DNA of 25,228 nt from a virus (Duplodnaviria; Caudoviricetes). How positions within the stretch are numbered: position 1 is the stretch's first letter; each line of letters starts with the position of its first letter. This document shows positions 24,666 through 25,228 of this stretch, in pieces. Location: the IMG/VR virus record IMGVR_UViG_3300012665_001944, positions 1 to 25,228 of that record; one strand, 5' to 3'. Below the pieces are notes generated by a model. That model was not told the origin of the DNA and ran no database searches. It was given only the letters and a program-made list of their open reading frames with translations. Position numbers and translations under genes: made by a program.

Positions 24666-24731
24666 ATTTATTCAATTAGTTAATAGTATATAATCTCATT
24701 AAGAGAAAGTTTATATTTAATATATATGTCT

Positions 24732-25228
24732 ATGATAGGAGAAAGATTTAATTTTGAAGACGTATTTTTTAGAGATTTAACAGTTTGTGTCTTAGATACT
24801 TTAGAAGGTCAAATCAAGTGGATTAATAGATTCACTAGTGGTGACGTTTATGTTCAAGTTCCTTTTTACTATTCACTTACAGGTGATGAAAGATTTCTAT
24901 TAGACTCGTTTACTGATGATATAGTTTCTGAAAATAGATTTGTTGAATTGAACACTGATATGATACCAAGAGGTCATTTAACTATGACTGGTTTCAATAT
25001 TAAATCTGATGAATTTGCCAATCCTAATGTTTGGTTAAGAATGGTTGTTGAGAATGAAGTAGAGATTAGAAAAGTAATCGCTAAAGTTAGAGCTGTTCCT
25101 ATTACAGTAAACTATGATTTAGAAATATTGTTAAGTTCTGAGATTGATACATTCAAATGTTCTCAAGCTATTATGGACACTCTTTGGTTATATAAGTTTA
25201 TGTACTTTGAGTATAACTTTATGAACAT
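24732..25228 (+). CDS. Tail sheath stabilizer/terminator (T4 gp15-like), partial
   Basis: Frame MIGERFNFEDVFFRDL...QVPFYY...IPRG...AVPITVNYDLEILL...D.FK..QAI stays open to the window end; TAATATATA at 24718-24726. Confidence 0.65.
   Translation, partial: MIGERFNFEDVFFRDLTVCVLDTLEGQIKWINRFTSGDVYVQVPFYYSLTGDERFLLDSFTDDIVSENRFVELNTDMIPRGHLTMTGFNIKSDEFANPNVWLRMVVENEVEIRKVIAKVRAVPITVNYDLEILLSSEIDTFKCSQAIMDTLWLYKFMYFEYNFMN

Noticed and set aside
1-25228. tRNA, rRNA or large ncRNA genes
   Set aside because: Intergenic gaps are short and AT-rich; no cloverleaf or rRNA-like sequence was seen by eye

Overview
AT-rich segment of a large T4-related (jumbo-like) myovirus genome, read in the standard genetic code. 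The host is probably Bacteroidota: there are TTTG-N19-TAnnTTTG promoters, A-rich leaders without Shine-Dalgarno sites, a Bacteroidota-type ClpS and a DUF6576-like domain. Dispersed virion genes include tail tube, gp26/gp51-like assembly proteins, a 1299-aa tail sheath, gp25-like and gp15-like proteins, and large and putative small terminase. Replication/recombination genes are an Mre11/gp47 nuclease and a gp44/RFC clamp loader. Main observations: (1) six unrelated proteins start with, and others contain, a motif resembling the T4 capsid-targeting sequence MKTYQEFIAE, which suggests a head-packaged cargo of enzymes (HExxH protease, cysteine hydrolase, LysM protein, possible HopA1-like protein); (2) a recurring (T)AATATATA late-promoter-like motif precedes about 15 genes; (3) a candidate +1 programmed frameshift (TTT CCC) could fuse the gp26-like and gp51-like ORFs; (4) a hairpin sequesters the gp25-like start codon; (5) four genes are broken by frameshifting junctions, three of them diverged tandem duplications, most likely a chimeric assembly of related strains. 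All family calls come from motif recognition by eye; no searches were run.
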